Shown here: positions 24,906-38,700 of the stretch, one piece after another
How positions within the stretch are numbered: the first letter of the stretch is position 1
Layout: every line of letters begins with the position of its first letter
Assembly: GCA_964016885.1 (NCBI GenBank)
Contig: OZ024756.1
Coordinates: 10,602,001 to 10,666,000, forward strand
Direction of reading: 5' to 3'
DNA: 64,000 bases
From: Eledone cirrhosa
Lineage: Eukaryota
Notes under the pieces: model-generated
Seen by the model: only the letters and a program-made list of their open reading frames with translations
The model's database searches: none
Told to the model about the DNA's origin: nothing
Position numbers and translations under genes: made by a program

Positions 24906-25619
24906 CCCTTTAATGTTCAAACCGGTCAGAATTCTCTACCTCTTTATGTTGAAACTGGCTGTAACTGGTCGCTCAAACTGATGTTAAGGCATTGTTCTCA
25001 AAATAAATACTTTCAAAATCTCATAGATTCAATATTATGTGAGATAATTATGTGAGGTAAAGCCTTTACCATGAAAATACAATAGTATATATAGAGTAAT
25101 GTAAATGTTATGTGAGATATTATGTGAGGTAAAGCCCTTACTGTGAAAATATAATAGTATATTTAGAGTAATGTAAATGTTATGGGAGATATTATGTGAG
25201 GTAAAGCCCTTACTGTGAAAATATAATAGTATATTTAGAGTAATGCAAATGTTATGTGAGATATTATGTGAGGTAAAGCCTTTACTGTGAAAATACAATA
25301 GTATATATAGAGTAATGTAAATATTATGTGAGATATTATGTGAGGTAAAGCCCTTACTGTGAAAATATAATAGTATATATAGAGTAATGTAAATGTTATG
25401 TGAGATATTATGTGAGGTAAAGCCCTTACTGTGAAAATATAATAGTATATTTAGAGTAATGTAAATGTTATGGGAGATATTATGTGAGGTAAAGCCCTTA
25501 CTGTGAAAATATAATAGTATATTTAGAGTAATGCAAATGTTATGTGAGATATTATGTGAGGTAAAGCCTTTACTGTGAAAATACAATAGTATATATAGAG
25601 TAATGTGAATGCTAAAGGG
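24906..25619 (+). mobile_element. complete piggyBac-like MITE with internal 72-bp array (~8 units)
   Basis: TTAA|CCCTTTAATGTTCA...TGAATGCTAAAGGG|TTAA. Confidence 0.85.
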
Positions 25620-25781
25620 TTAACAGTGTTTAGTATATATATTGTTGTAGGGAGAGAGTTACAGAGGGATGACATTTCAGAGAGGAAAGATTGGGATTAG
25701 TAGTTAGTGTGGGACACAATAGGGGAGACGAGAGAAGAAAGAAGGAAATAGATAAGGTGGGTGTGCCAGAGTTATGGTACC

Positions 25782-26120
25782 TCATGGTCAGCCATTGCTG
25801 ATGAACAGAGGTCATTGCTACATGGTCAGCCAACTCTGAGGAACAGAGACCATTGCTACATGGTCAGCCAACTCTGAGGAGCAGAGACCATTTCTACATG
25901 TTCAGCTAACTCTGAGGAACAGCAGCCATTGCCACGTGGTCAACCAACTCTGAGGAGCAGAGACCATTGCTACATGTTCAGCCAACTCTGAGGAACAGCA
26001 GCCATTGCCACATGTTTGACCAACTCTGAGGAACAGCAGTCATTGCCACATGTTCGACCAACTCTGAGGAACAACATCCATTGCCACATGTTCGGCCGAC
26101 TCTGAGGAACAGCAGCCATT
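25782..26120. repeat. ~38-bp minisatellite x~9
   Basis: gccaactctgaggaacagcagccattgccacatg. Confidence 0.85.
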
Positions 26121-26160
26121 TTAACAATAGAAAAGTCAGAAAGACAGAGAGGAGACAAAA

Positions 26161-26680
26161 TGTCTGTGGACCAGAGGTTGGTGTTTGTCTGTGGACCAGA
26201 CACTGGAGGTTGTCTGTCTGTTACTATACCAAGCCAGAAACTGGAGTTTGTCTGTTACTATACCAAGCCAGAGGTTGGAGTTTGTCTGTGGACCAGAGGC
26301 TGGTGTTTGTCTGTCTGTTACTATACCAAGCCAGAAACTGGAGTTTGTCTGTTACTATACCAAGTCAGAGACTGGAGTTTGTCTGTCTGTTACTATACCA
26401 AGCCAGAAACTGGAGTTTGTCTGTTACTATACCAAGCCAGAAACTGGAGTTTGTCTGTTACTATACCAAGCCAGAAACTGGAGTTTGTCTGTGGATCAGA
26501 GATTGGAATTTGTCTGTGGACCAGAGACTGGAGGTTGTCTGTCTGTTACTATACCAAGCCAGAGACTGGATTTTGTCTGTCTGTTACTATACCAAGCCAG
26601 AAACTGGAGTTTGTCTGTAGATCAGAGACTGGAGTTTGTCTGTGGACCAGAGGCTGGAGTTTGTCTGTTTCTTTATACCA
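26161..26680. repeat. composite minisatellite of 34-bp and 25-bp units
   Basis: tgtctgttactataccaagccagaaactggagtt and tgtctgtggaccagagactggagtt. Confidence 0.85.
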
Positions 26681-27002
26681 ATCAAACAAGTGGCCTTTTT
26701 TCTGGATGTGATCTAGTAGGTTTTATTTTTGTGTGTGGTAACAGCACCATCCCAGACTTAGGTGTAGCAGGCAGCTGGGTCTCTGAGAGATGTCAATCCA
26801 TGCTCAGTCATGACGTAGCCAGAGAAAACTCTGGAAGAAGTCCGAAGCACCTCTGATGTGCAAATCGATCATCAGAACCAGGTGTATGTAGGGGCAAAAG
26901 ACCACTTGAGCAATCAAGTAGCTGGTTCGCTCTGAAGATTTCTTCAGGATGGCTGGCATCAGCATCAGGCAAACAACATAGAACTCCATCTGGTAAAGAA
27001 AT

Positions 27003-27545
27003 CAACTGGAGACGCCATGGATGTTGTCAGCCTTGATCTACTCCCAACCAACTGGAAACCCAGGATGTCATCAGTTTCGATCTTCTCCCAACCAACTGGA
27101 GACCCCAGGGATGTTGTCAGTCTCGATCTACCCCCGGGAAGTCCCAGGATGTTGTCAGCCTTGTTCTACCCCCAACCAACTGGAGACGCTAGGGATGTTG
27201 TCAGCCTTGTTCTAGGCCCAACCAACTGGAGACCCTGGGATGTTGTCAGCCTTGTTCTACCCCCAACCAACTGGAGACGCTAGGGATATTGTCAGCCTTG
27301 TTCTAGGCCCAACCAACTGGAGACGCTAGGGATATTGTCAGCCTTGTTCTAGGCCCAACCAACTGGCGACGCTAGGGATATTGTCAGCCTTGTTCTAGGC
27401 CCAACCAACTGGAGACGCTAGGGATATTGTCAGCCTTGTTCTAGGCCCAACCAACTGGAGACGCTAGGGATATTGTCAGCCTTGTTCTACCCCCAACCAA
27501 CTGGAGACGCTAGGGATGTTGTCAGCCTTGTTCTACTCCCAAACT
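27003..27545. repeat. 46-bp minisatellite x~12
   Basis: caaccaactggagacgctagggatattgtcagccttgttctaggcc. Confidence 0.9.
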
Positions 27546-27910
27546 CGGGAGCAGTTGTTAGGTGTTGAAGTACCTTGTAGATGCAGTTCTCGATATGTTT
27601 AGGATGAGTGTTTACCTTAAGACATTCTCTGTGAAAATGAGGGCTGTCATATGGACCACTCCATCCATGACAATCACATTTAACTGCCATTTCTGTCATG
27701 ACTAACTCAGACATATCAAGGTCTATGTTATCCAATATGTCTGCAGGGGATTTTCTTTATTTTTCTAAGTTGGATGTTATTTGAGGGCAATTTAGCTACC
27801 ATTCTAGCAAGTTAGGTGACCATATAGTAACTCTGTCCTTGATTTCAATAAATGTGGTTCATCTGATAACTGAAACTGTAATAGATCTTCAGTTCTATCA
27901 TTCTAAGATA

Positions 27911-28532
27911 TAACAACAACAACAACAGCAACAGCAACAGCAACAGCAATACAATCTTTGGAAACATGGAAGCAGATTTGAAACACTGATTGAATTTATT
28001 TCCTTCTTCTTCTTCTCATTCTTCTCCTTCTTCTTCTCATTCTTCTTCTTCTTCTTCTTCTTCTTCTTCTTCTTCTTCTTCTTCTTCTTCTTCTTCTTCT
28101 TTTCATTCTTCTCCTTATTCTTCTTCTCATTCTTCTTCTTCTTCTTCTTCTTCTTCTTTTCATTCTTCTTCTTCTTCTTCCCATTCTTCTTCTTCTTCTT
28201 CTTCTTTTTCTTCTTCTTCTTCCCATTCTTCTTCTTCTTCTTCTTCTCATTCTTCTTCTTCTTCCCATTCTTCTCATTCTTCTCCTTCTTCTTCTCATTC
28301 TTCTTCTTCTTCTTCTTCTTCTTCTTCTTCTTCTTCTTCATCTTCTTCTTCCCATTCTTCTTCTTCTTCTTCCCATTCTTCTTCTTCTTCTTCTTCTTCT
28401 TCTTCTTCTTCTTCTTCTTCTTCTTCTTCTTCTCATTCTTCTTCTTCTTCTTCTCATTCTTCTTCTTCTTCTTCTTCTCATTGTTGTTGTCCTTCTCCTT
28501 CTTCTCATTGTTGTTGTTGTTCTTCTTCTTCC
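27911..28532. repeat. (CAA/CAG)n and long (CTT)n microsatellites
   Basis: Direct reading. Confidence 0.95.
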
Positions 28533-29045
28533 TGCCCCTCCTCCTCCCTCCCTCCCTCCCTCACTGCTCAGTTTTAATTTCATTTCCAAACACAATGTTT
28601 TTGCTAACAAAAGAAATATGGCCGCATTTCCAAAATAACAGGTCCTGTTGATTAGTAATAGCACCTCCTCCTTCAGGCCGAGTAACTTCTCTGTCTGAAG
28701 CTCTAAATACGTAGCGAAAACGTTGCAGAACAACGAAGAAGAACAAGTAGAAGAAGCAGAAGACTTTATAACCGACATGATGTATTCCACCAGTAGTTGA
28801 GAGAACGTAATAAAATTACACAAGACAACTTCTAAACATAAATAGGCGACTATCTTTTGATGTGTAGACATTAATAGTTTAGGTGATTGACATATTAGAT
28901 AAATAGATGTAGCTGTGTCTCTCTATAGATGTAGCACAACGGTTATATATCTGCAAACTGAATACAAGTCTGCAATGAAAATTTATGTAAATATTACCAC
29001 AGCGTTGGTGAGTAATAAAGACTTTATGGCATGTGAATACAATGT

Positions 29046-29590
29046 CTGTATGTCTATATAGCTGTATAGCTATATAGCTGTATGTCTATATAGCTGTATA
29101 GCTGTATGTCTATATAGCTGTATGTCTATATAGCTGTATGTCTATATAGCTGTATGTCTATATAGCTGTATAGCTGTATAGCTGTATAGCTGTTTGTCTA
29201 TATAGCTGTATGTCTATATAGCTGTATAGCTGTATGTCTATATAGCTGTATGTCTGTATAGCTGTATAGCTGTATGTGTATATAGCTGTATAGCTGTATG
29301 TCTGTATGTGTATATAGCTGTATGTCTGTATAGCTGTATGTCTATATAGCTGTATGTCTATATAGCTGTATGTCTATATAGCTGTATGTCTGTATAGCTG
29401 TATGTCTATATAGCTGTATGTCTATATAGCTGTATGTCTGTATAGCTGTATGTCTATATAGCTGTATGTCTATATAGCTGTATGTGTATATAGCTGTATG
29501 TCTGTATAGCTGTATGTCTATATAGCTGTATGTCTATATAGCTGTATGTGTATATAGCTGTATGTCTGTATAGCTGTATGTCTATATAGC
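29046..29590. repeat. 16-bp/8-bp minisatellite (TATAGCTGTATGTCTA)n
   Basis: Direct reading. Confidence 0.9.
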
Positions 29591-29689
29591 TTTCACATGT
29601 CAGTGTTAATGTAGTGATGTTTATAGTTGCCTTATACATGCACAGCATACACCTCTCACCTACACACACCTGTGTGTAGGTGAGAAGTG

Positions 29690-29775
29690 TATGTTGATAT
29701 GTATATGTGTATATGTATATATTTATATAGGTGTGTATATATATATATATCTCTCTCGCTCTATATATATATGTG

Positions 29776-29823
<48 letters not shown>

Positions 29824-30017
29824 CATATATATTTATGCATATATGCATATATGCATATATATGTATATATATATATATATATTTATGCATATATGCATAT
29901 ATGTATATATGTCTATATATATATATATATTTATGCAAATATGCATATATGTATATATATATATATGTATATAAATATATGTATATGTATATATGTATAT
30001 ATATAGGTATATATAAT

Positions 30018-30058
<41 letters not shown>

Positions 30059-30379
30059 GTATATATATATATGTATATATATATATGTATATATATGTAT
30101 ATATAGATATATAGATATATGTATATATATAGATGTATATATGATTATATATATAGATATGTATATATATGTATATATATGTGTATATATATGTATATAT
30201 ATGTAAATATATATATATATAGATATATGTATATACATGTATATATAGATGTATATATGATTATATATATAGATATGTATATATATGTATATATATTTGT
30301 ATATATATAGATATATATATGTATATATATGTATATATGTATATATATGTATATGTATGTATATATATGTATATATATG

Positions 30380-30428
<49 letters not shown>

Positions 30429-31194
30429 GTGTATATATATGTGTATATATGTATATATATGTATATATATGTATATATATATATATGTGAATATATATAT
30501 AAATATATATATGTGTATATATATATAAATATATATATATGTATATATATATAAATATATATATATGTATATATATATATATGTGTATATATATATAAAT
30601 ATATATATATGTATATATATATAAATATATATATGAACCATATTAAATATATATATATGTATATATATATGTGTATATATATATATAAATATATATATAT
30701 GTATATATATATAAATATATATATGAACCATATTAAATATATATATTTATATATATGTATATATATGTATATATATATGTATATATATATGTATATATGT
30801 ATATGTATAGATATATATGTATATATGTATATATATGTATGTATGCATGTATATGTATTCATGTATGTATATGTATATATATATATATACATACATATAT
30901 ATGTGTATATGTATGTATATGTATGTATGCATGTATATGTATGCATGTATATATATATACATACATATATATACGTATATATATATATGTATATATATAT
31001 ATATACATACATATACATACATGCATACATATACATGCATGCAAACATATATACATATATTTATATATATACATATACACACATATACATATATATATTT
31101 ATATATATACATATATATATATATATATCTATACATATATATATATACATATATATACATACATATATATATACATATATTTATATATATATAC

Positions 31195-31253
<59 letters not shown>

Positions 31254-31430
31254 CATATATGTATATGCATATATATGTGTGTATATATGTGTGTATATAT
31301 ATATATATGAGAATATGTTGAGGCTTATATATATATCAAAATATGTTGGTGTATATATATATATATGTGTGTGTGTGTATGTATGTATATTTCTGTGTGT
31401 ATATATGCATATTTATATATACACACATGC
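29690..31430. repeat. TA-rich complex microsatellite
   Basis: Direct reading. Confidence 0.95.
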
Positions 31431-31544
31431 TAACACACCATTATCAGTACCATAATAATGTGTATGAACATAAACGTTCACCTGTTTCAATTAGACATGG
31501 TTACTGACGTAACATTGACTGAGAAATAAGTATTTGGTGTGGAG

Positions 31545-31955
31545 TAGGTGGTGTTGATGGTGGTGGTGGTGGTGATATTGGTGATGGTGGTGTAGGTGGT
31601 GGTGGTGGTGGTGGTGGTGGTGGTGGTGATGGTGGTGTTGGTGGTGGTGGTGGTGGTGTTGATGGTGGTGTTGGTGGTGCAGGTGGTGGTGGTGATATTG
31701 GTGGTGGTGGTGGTGATGGTGGTGATGGTGGGGTTGGTGGTGGTGATGGTGGTGCAGGTGGTGGTGGCGGTTGTGGGCGTGAAGGGGTTGGTGGTGGTAG
31801 TGGTGGTGTAGATGGTGATGGTGGTGGTGTTGATGGTAGTGATATTGGTGGTGGTGGTGGGATTGGTGGTGTAAGTGGTGATGGTGGTGATGGTGGTGAT
31901 GATGGTGTTGGTGGTGTTGGTGGTGATGGTAGTTGTGGTGGTGTTGGTGGTGGTG
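31545..31955. repeat. (GGT)n degenerate microsatellite
   Basis: Direct reading. Confidence 0.9.
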
Positions 31956-32010
31956 GCTGCTTTCACCTTTAACAGGATCTTCAGAAGATCCCATTAAGGA
32001 TGAAAGCAGC
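31956..32010. other. 55-nt near-perfect hairpin
   Basis: 26-bp arms GCTGCTTTCACCTTTAACAGGATCTT / AAGATCCCATTAAGGATGAAAGCAGC, 4 mismatches, loop CAG. Confidence 0.7.
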
Positions 32011-32048
32011 GATTCTTTGCTTAAACTTAATCACTTAATCTGTTATTT

Positions 32049-32168
<120 letters not shown>

Positions 32169-32276
32169 GTATATGTATATGCATATATATATATATATAT
32201 ATAATTGGTGTGGGATGCTTAAAGCATCCGTAAGCGGTATGCCGTTTGAGCACTCGATGTTCTTATATATATATAT

Positions 32277-32400
32277 ATCACATAAGAAACGGAGAATCAG
32301 TGGAGTGATGAATAAAATTTATTAGACATATTACAAACGATTGTAATATGTCTAATAAATCTTATTCGTCGCTCCACTGATTCTCCGTTTCTTATGTGAT
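32277..32400. repeat. ~124-bp palindrome between (TA)n tracts
   Basis: Arms atcacataagaaacggagaatcagtggag..ttacaa / ttgtaa..ctccactgattctccgtttcttatgtgat. Confidence 0.85.
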
Positions 32401-32424
32401 ATATATATATATATATATATATCA

Positions 32425-32640
32425 GCATCATCAGGTCGAGCTTGCTCGGCTTTCTACGACACATTTCCTCCATCCATCTCTGCCTTTCATAGCGTTTGCC
32501 AGTTCTTCCGCAGTGCATCCAGTATCGTCCTGAAGCTGCTTGACGTATGTCTTCTTGGGACGACCAGCGTTTCTTGCTCCATGAGATGGACTCCATAACA
32601 ACACATCACCTGGTGAGATGCCTTGAAAAAGGTCATAGGC
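32425..32640 (-). pseudogene. 3' end of a second RTE-clade LINE family
   Basis: LLWSPSHGARNAGRPKKTYVKQL..RDGWRKCV typical of RTE C-terminus, then (TGA)n tail. Confidence 0.65.
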
Positions 32641-32757
32641 CATTTCTCTTCTGAATTCTCTTCTTCCTCATCTCCTCCTTCCTCCTGCACCATTAACGTA
32701 GTTATCAGGGAGATTCAGGAGGACACAGTGTGTAGGACAAAGCTGACACTTCAAATT

Positions 32758-35700
32758 ACTGGGGCAATGTGAAATAAAGTGTCTTGCTCAAGGAAACAGT
32801 GGACTGGAGCAATGTGAAATAAAGTGTCTTGCTCAAGGACTCAGTGGACTGGAGCAATGTGAAATAAAGTGTCTTGCTCAAGGACACAGTGGATTGGAGC
32901 AATGTGAAATAAAGTGTCTTGCTCAAGGACACAGTGGACTGGAGCAATGTGAAATAAAGTGTCTTGCTCAAGGACACAGTGGACTGGAGCAATGTGAAAT
33001 AAAGTGTCTTGCTCAAGGACACAGTGGACTGGAGCAATGTGAAATAAAGTGTCTTGCTCAATGACTCAGTGGACTGGAGCAATGTGAAATAAAGTGTCTT
33101 GCTCAAGGACTCAGTGGACTGGAGCAATGTGAAATAAAGTGTCTTGCTCAAGGACTCAGTGGATTGGAGCAATGTGAAATAAAGTGTCTTGCTCAAGGAC
33201 ACAGTGGACTGGAGCAATGTGAAATAAAGTGTCTTGCTCAAGGACACAGTGGACTGGAGCAATGTGAAATAAAGTGTCTTGCTCAAGGACTCAGTGGACT
33301 GGAGCAATGTGAAATAAAGTGTCTTGCTCAAGGACTCGGTGGACTGGAGCAATGTGAAATAAAGTGTCTTGCTCAAGGACACAGTGGACTGGAGCAATGT
33401 GAAATAAAGTGTCTTGCTCAAGGACACAGTGGACTGGAGCAATGTGAAATAAAGTGTCTTGCTCAAGGACACAGTGGACTGGAGCAATGTGAAATAAAGT
33501 GTCTTGCTCAAGGACACAGTGGATTGGAGCAATGTGAAATAAAGTGTCTTGCTCAAGGACTCAGTGGACTGGAGCAATGTGAAATAAAGTGTCTTGCTCA
33601 AGGACACAGTAGACTGGAGCAATGTGAAATAAAGTAACTTGCTCAAGGACTCAGTGGATTGGAGCAATGTGAAATAAAGTGTCTTGCTCAAGGACACAGT
33701 GGACTGGAGCAATGTGAAATAAAGTGTCTTGCTCAAGGACACAGTGGACTGGAGCAATGTGAAATAAAGTGTCTTGCTCAAGGACTCAGTGGACTGGAGC
33801 AATGTGAAATAAAGTGTCTTGCTCAAGGACTCGGTGGACTGGAGCAATGTGAAATAAAGTGTCTTGCTCAAGGACACAGTGGACTGGAGCAATGTGAAAT
33901 AAAGTGTCTTGCTCAAGGACACAGTGGACTGGAGCAATGTGAAATAAAGTGTCTTGCTCAAGGACACAGTGGACTGGAGCAATGTGAAATAAAGTGTCTT
34001 GCTCAAGGACTCAGTGGACTGGAGCAATGTGAAATAAAGTGTCTTGCTCAAGGACTCAGTGGATTGGAGCAATGTGAAATAAAGTGTCTTGCTCAAGGAC
34101 ACAGTGGACTGGAGCAATGTGAAATAAAGTGTCTTGCTCAAGGACACAGTGGACTGGAGCAATGTGAAATAAAGTGTCTTGCTCAAGGACTCAGTGGACT
34201 GGAGCAATGTGAAATAAAGTGTCTTGCTCAAGGACTCGGTGGACTGGAGCAATGTGAAATAAAGTGTCTTGCTCAAGGACACAGTGGACTGGAGCAATGT
34301 GAAATAAAGTGTCTTGCTCAAGGACACAGTGGACTGGAGCAATGTGAAATAAAGTGTCTTGCTCAAGGACACAGTGGACTGGAGCAATGTGAAATAAAGT
34401 GTCTTGCTCAAGGACACAGTGGATTGGAGCAATGTGAAATAAAGTGTCTTGCTCAAGGATTCAGTGGACTGGAGCAATGTGAAATAAAGTGTCTTGCTCA
34501 AGGACACAGTAGACTGGAGCAATGTGAAATAAAGTAACTTGCTCAAGGACTCAGTGGATTGGAGCAATGTGAAATAAAGTGTCTTGCTCAAGGACACAGT
34601 GGACTGGAGCAATGTGAAATAAAGTGTCTTGCTCAAGGACACAGTGGACTGGAGCAATGTGAAATAAAGTGTCTTGCTCAAGGACTCAGTGGACTGGAGC
34701 AATGTGAAATAAAGTGTCTTGCTCAAGGACTCGGTGGACTGGAGCAATGTGAAATAAAGTGTCTTGCTCAAGGACACAGTGGACTGGAGCAATGTGAAAT
34801 AAGGTGTCTTGCTCAAGGACACTGGATTGGAGCAATGTGAAATAAAGTGTCTTGCTCAAGGACTCAGTGGACTGGAGCAATGTGAAATAAAGTGTCTTGC
34901 TCAAGGACACAGTAGACTGGAGCAATGTGAAATAAAGTAACTTGCTCAAGGAAACAGTGGACTGGAGCAATATGAAATAAAGTGTCTTGCTCAAGGACAC
35001 AGTGGACTGGAGCAATGTGAAATAAGGTGTCTTGCTCAAGGACACAGTGGACTGGAGCAATGTGAAATAAGGTGTCTTGCTCAAGGACACAGTGGACTGG
35101 AGCAATGTGAAATAAAGTGTCTTGCTCAAGGACACAGTGGACTGGAGCAATGTGAAATAAAGTGTCTTGCTCAAGGACACAGTGGACTGGAGCAATGTGA
35201 AATAAAGTAACTTGCTCAAGGAAACAGTGGACTGGAGCAATGTGAAATAAGGTGTCTTGCTCAAGGACACAGTAGACTGGAGCAATGTGAAATAAAGTGT
35301 CTTGCTCAAGAACACAGTGGACTGGAGCAATGTGAAATAAAGTGTCTTGCTCAAGGACTCAGTGGACTGGAGCAATGTGAAATAAAGTGTCTTGCTCAAG
35401 GACACAGTAGACTGGAGCAATGTGAAATAAAGTAACTTGCTCAAGGAGACAGTGGACTGGAGCAATATGAAATAAAGTGTCTTGCTCAAGGACACAGTGG
35501 ACTGGAGCAATGTGAAATAAGGTGTCTTGCTCAAGGACACAGTGGACTGGAGCAATGTGAAATAAGGTGTCTTGCTCAAGGACACAGTGGACTGGAGCAA
35601 TGTGAAATGAAGTGTCTTGCTCAAGGACACAGTGGACTGGAGCAATGTGAAATAAAGTGTCTTGCTCAAGGACACAGTGGACTGGAGCAACGTGAAATAA

Positions 35701-38700
35701 AGTGTCTTGCTCAAGGACACAGTGGACTGGAGCAATGTGAAATAAGGTGTCTTGCTCAAGGACACAGTGGACTGGAGCAATGTGAAATAAAGTGTCTTGT
35801 TCAAGGAAACAGTGGACTGGAGCAATGTGAAATAAAGTGTCTTGCTCAAGGACACAGTGGACTGGAGCAATGTGAAATAAAGTGTCTTGCTCAAGGACAC
35901 AGTGGACTGGAGCAATGTGAAATAAAGTGTCTTGCTCAAGGACACAGTGGACTGGAGCAATGTGAAATAAAGTAACTTGCTCAAGGAAACAGTGGACTGG
36001 AGCAATGTGAAATAAAGTGTCTTGTTCAAGGACAAAGTGGACTGGAGCAATGTGAAATAAGGTGTCTTGCTCAAGGACACAGTGGACTGGAGCAATATGA
36101 AATAAAGTGTCTTGCTCAAGGACACAGTAGACTGGAGCAATGTGAAATAAGGTGTCTTGCTCAAGGACACAGTGGACTGGAGCAATGTGAAATAAGGTGT
36201 CTTGCTCAAGGACACAGTGGACTGGAGCAATGTGAAATGAAGTGTCTTGCTCAAGGACACAGTGGACTGGAGCAATGTGAAATAAATTGTCTTGCTCAAG
36301 GACACAGTGGACTGGAGCAACGTGAAATAAAGTGTCTTGCTCAAGGACACAGTGGACTGGAGCAATGTGAAATAAAGTGTCTTGCTCAAGGACACAGTGG
36401 ACTGGAGCAATGTGAAATAAAGTAACTTGCTCAAGGAAACAGTGGACTGGAGCAATGTGAAATAAAGTGTCTTGTTCAAGGACAAAGTGGACTGGAGCAA
36501 TGTGAAATAAGGTGTCTTGCTCAAGGACACAGTGGACTGGAGCAATGTGAAATAAGGTGTCTTGCTCAAGGACACAGTGGACTGGAGCAATGTGAAATAA
36601 AGTGTCTTGTTCAAGGAAACAGTGGACTGGAGCAATGTGAAATAAAGTGTCTTGCTCAAGGACACAGTGGACTGGAGCAATGTGAAATAAAGTGTCTTGC
36701 TCAAGGACACAGTGGACTGGAGCAATGTGAAATAAAGTGTCTTGCTCAAGGACACAGTGGACTGGAGCAATGTGAAATAAAGTAACTTGCTCAAGGAAAC
36801 AGTGGACTGGAGCAATGTGAAATAAAGTGTCTTGTTCAAGGACAAAGTGGACTGGAGCAATGTGAAATAAGGTGTCTTGCTCAAGGACACAGTGGACTGG
36901 AGCAATATGAAATAAAGTGTCTTGCTCAAGGACACAGTAGACTGGAGCAATGTGAAATAAGGTGTCTTGCTCAAGGACACAGTGGACTGGAGCAATGTGA
37001 AATAAGGTGTCTTGCTCAAGGACACAGTGGACTGGAGCAATGTGAAATGAAGTGTCTTGCTCAAGGACACAGTGGACTGGAGCAATGTGAAATAAAGTAT
37101 CTTGCTCAAGGACACAGTGGACTGGAGCAACGTGAAATAAAGTGTCTTGCTCAAGGACACAGTGGACTGGAGCAATGTGAAATAAAGTGTCTAGCTCAAG
37201 GACACAGTGTTCTGGAGCAATGTGAAATAAAGTGTCTTGCTCAAGGACACAGTGGACTGGAGCAATGTGAAATAAAGTAACTTGCTCAAGGAAACAGTGG
37301 ACTGGAGCAATGTGAAATAAAGTGTCTTGTTCAAGGACAAAGTGGACTGGAGCAATGTGAAATAAGGTGTCTTGCTCAAGGACACAGTGGACTGGAGCAA
37401 TGTGAAATAAGGTGTCTTGCTCAAGGACACAGTAGACTGGAGCAATGTGAAATAAAGTGTCTTGCTCAAGAACACAGTGGACTGGAGCAATGTGAAATAA
37501 AGTGTCTTGCTCAAGGACACAGTGGGTGGAGCAATGTGAAATAAAGTGTCTTGCTCAAGGAAACAGTGGACTGGAGCAATGTGAAATAAAGTGTCTTGCT
37601 CAAGGACACAGTGGACTGGAGCAATGTGAAATAAAGTGCCTTGCTCAAGGACACAGTGGGTGGAGCAATGTGAAATAAAGTGTCTTGCTCAAGGACACAG
37701 TGGACTGGGGCAATGTGAAATAAAGTGCCTTGCTCAAGAACACAGTAGACTGGAGCAATGTGAAATAAAGTGTCTTGCTCAAGGACACAGTGGACTGGAG
37801 CAATGTGAAATAAAGTGTCTTGCTCAAGAACGCAGTAGACTGGAGCAATGTGAAATAAGGTGTCTTGCTCAAGGACACAGTGGACTGGAGCAATGTGAAA
37901 TGAAGTGTCTTGCTCAAGGACACAGTGGACTGGAGCAACGTGAAATAAAGTGTCTTGCTCAAGGACACAGTGGACTGGAGCAATGTGAAATAAGGTGTCT
38001 TGCTCAAGCACACAGTGGACTGGAGCAATGTGAAATAAAGTGTCTTGTTCAAGGAAACACTGGACTGGAGCAATGTGAAATAAAGTGTCTTGCTCAAGGA
38101 CACAGTGGACTGGAGCAATGTGAAATAAAGTGTCTTGCTCAAGGACACAGTGGACTGGAGCAATGTGAAATAAAGTGTCTTGCTCAAGGACACAGTGGAC
38201 TGGAGCAATGTGAAATAAAGTAACTTGCTCAAGGAAACAGTGGACTGGAGCAATGTGAAATAAAGTGTCTTGTTCAAGGACAAAGTGGACTGGAGCAATG
38301 TGAAATAAAGTGTCTTGCTCAAGGACACAGTGGACTGGAGCAATGTGAAATAAGGTGTCTTGCTCAAGGACACAGTAGACTGGAGCAATGTGAAATAAAG
38401 TGTCTTGCTCAAGAACACAGTGGACTGGAGCAATGTGAAATAAAGTGTCTTGCTCAAGGACTCAGTGGACTGGAGCAATGTGAAATAAAGTGTCTTGCTC
38501 AAGGACACAGTAGACTTGAGCAATGTGAAATAAAGTAACTTGCTCAAGGAGACAGTGGACTGGAGCAATATGAAATAAAGTGTCTTGCTCAAGGACACAG
38601 TGGACTGGAGCAATGTGAAATAAGGTGTCTTGCTCAAGGACACAGTGGACTGGAGCAATGTGAAATGAAGTGTCTTGCTCAAGGACACAGTGGACTGGAG

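Noticed and set aside
27898-28871. Poly-K/R/S ORFs and 177-aa ORF 28338..28871
   Set aside because: Mostly (CTT)n; unique part has no recognisable motif
29454-31994. YI-rich, poly-His and poly-Thr ORFs
   Set aside because: Translations of TA and GGT microsatellites
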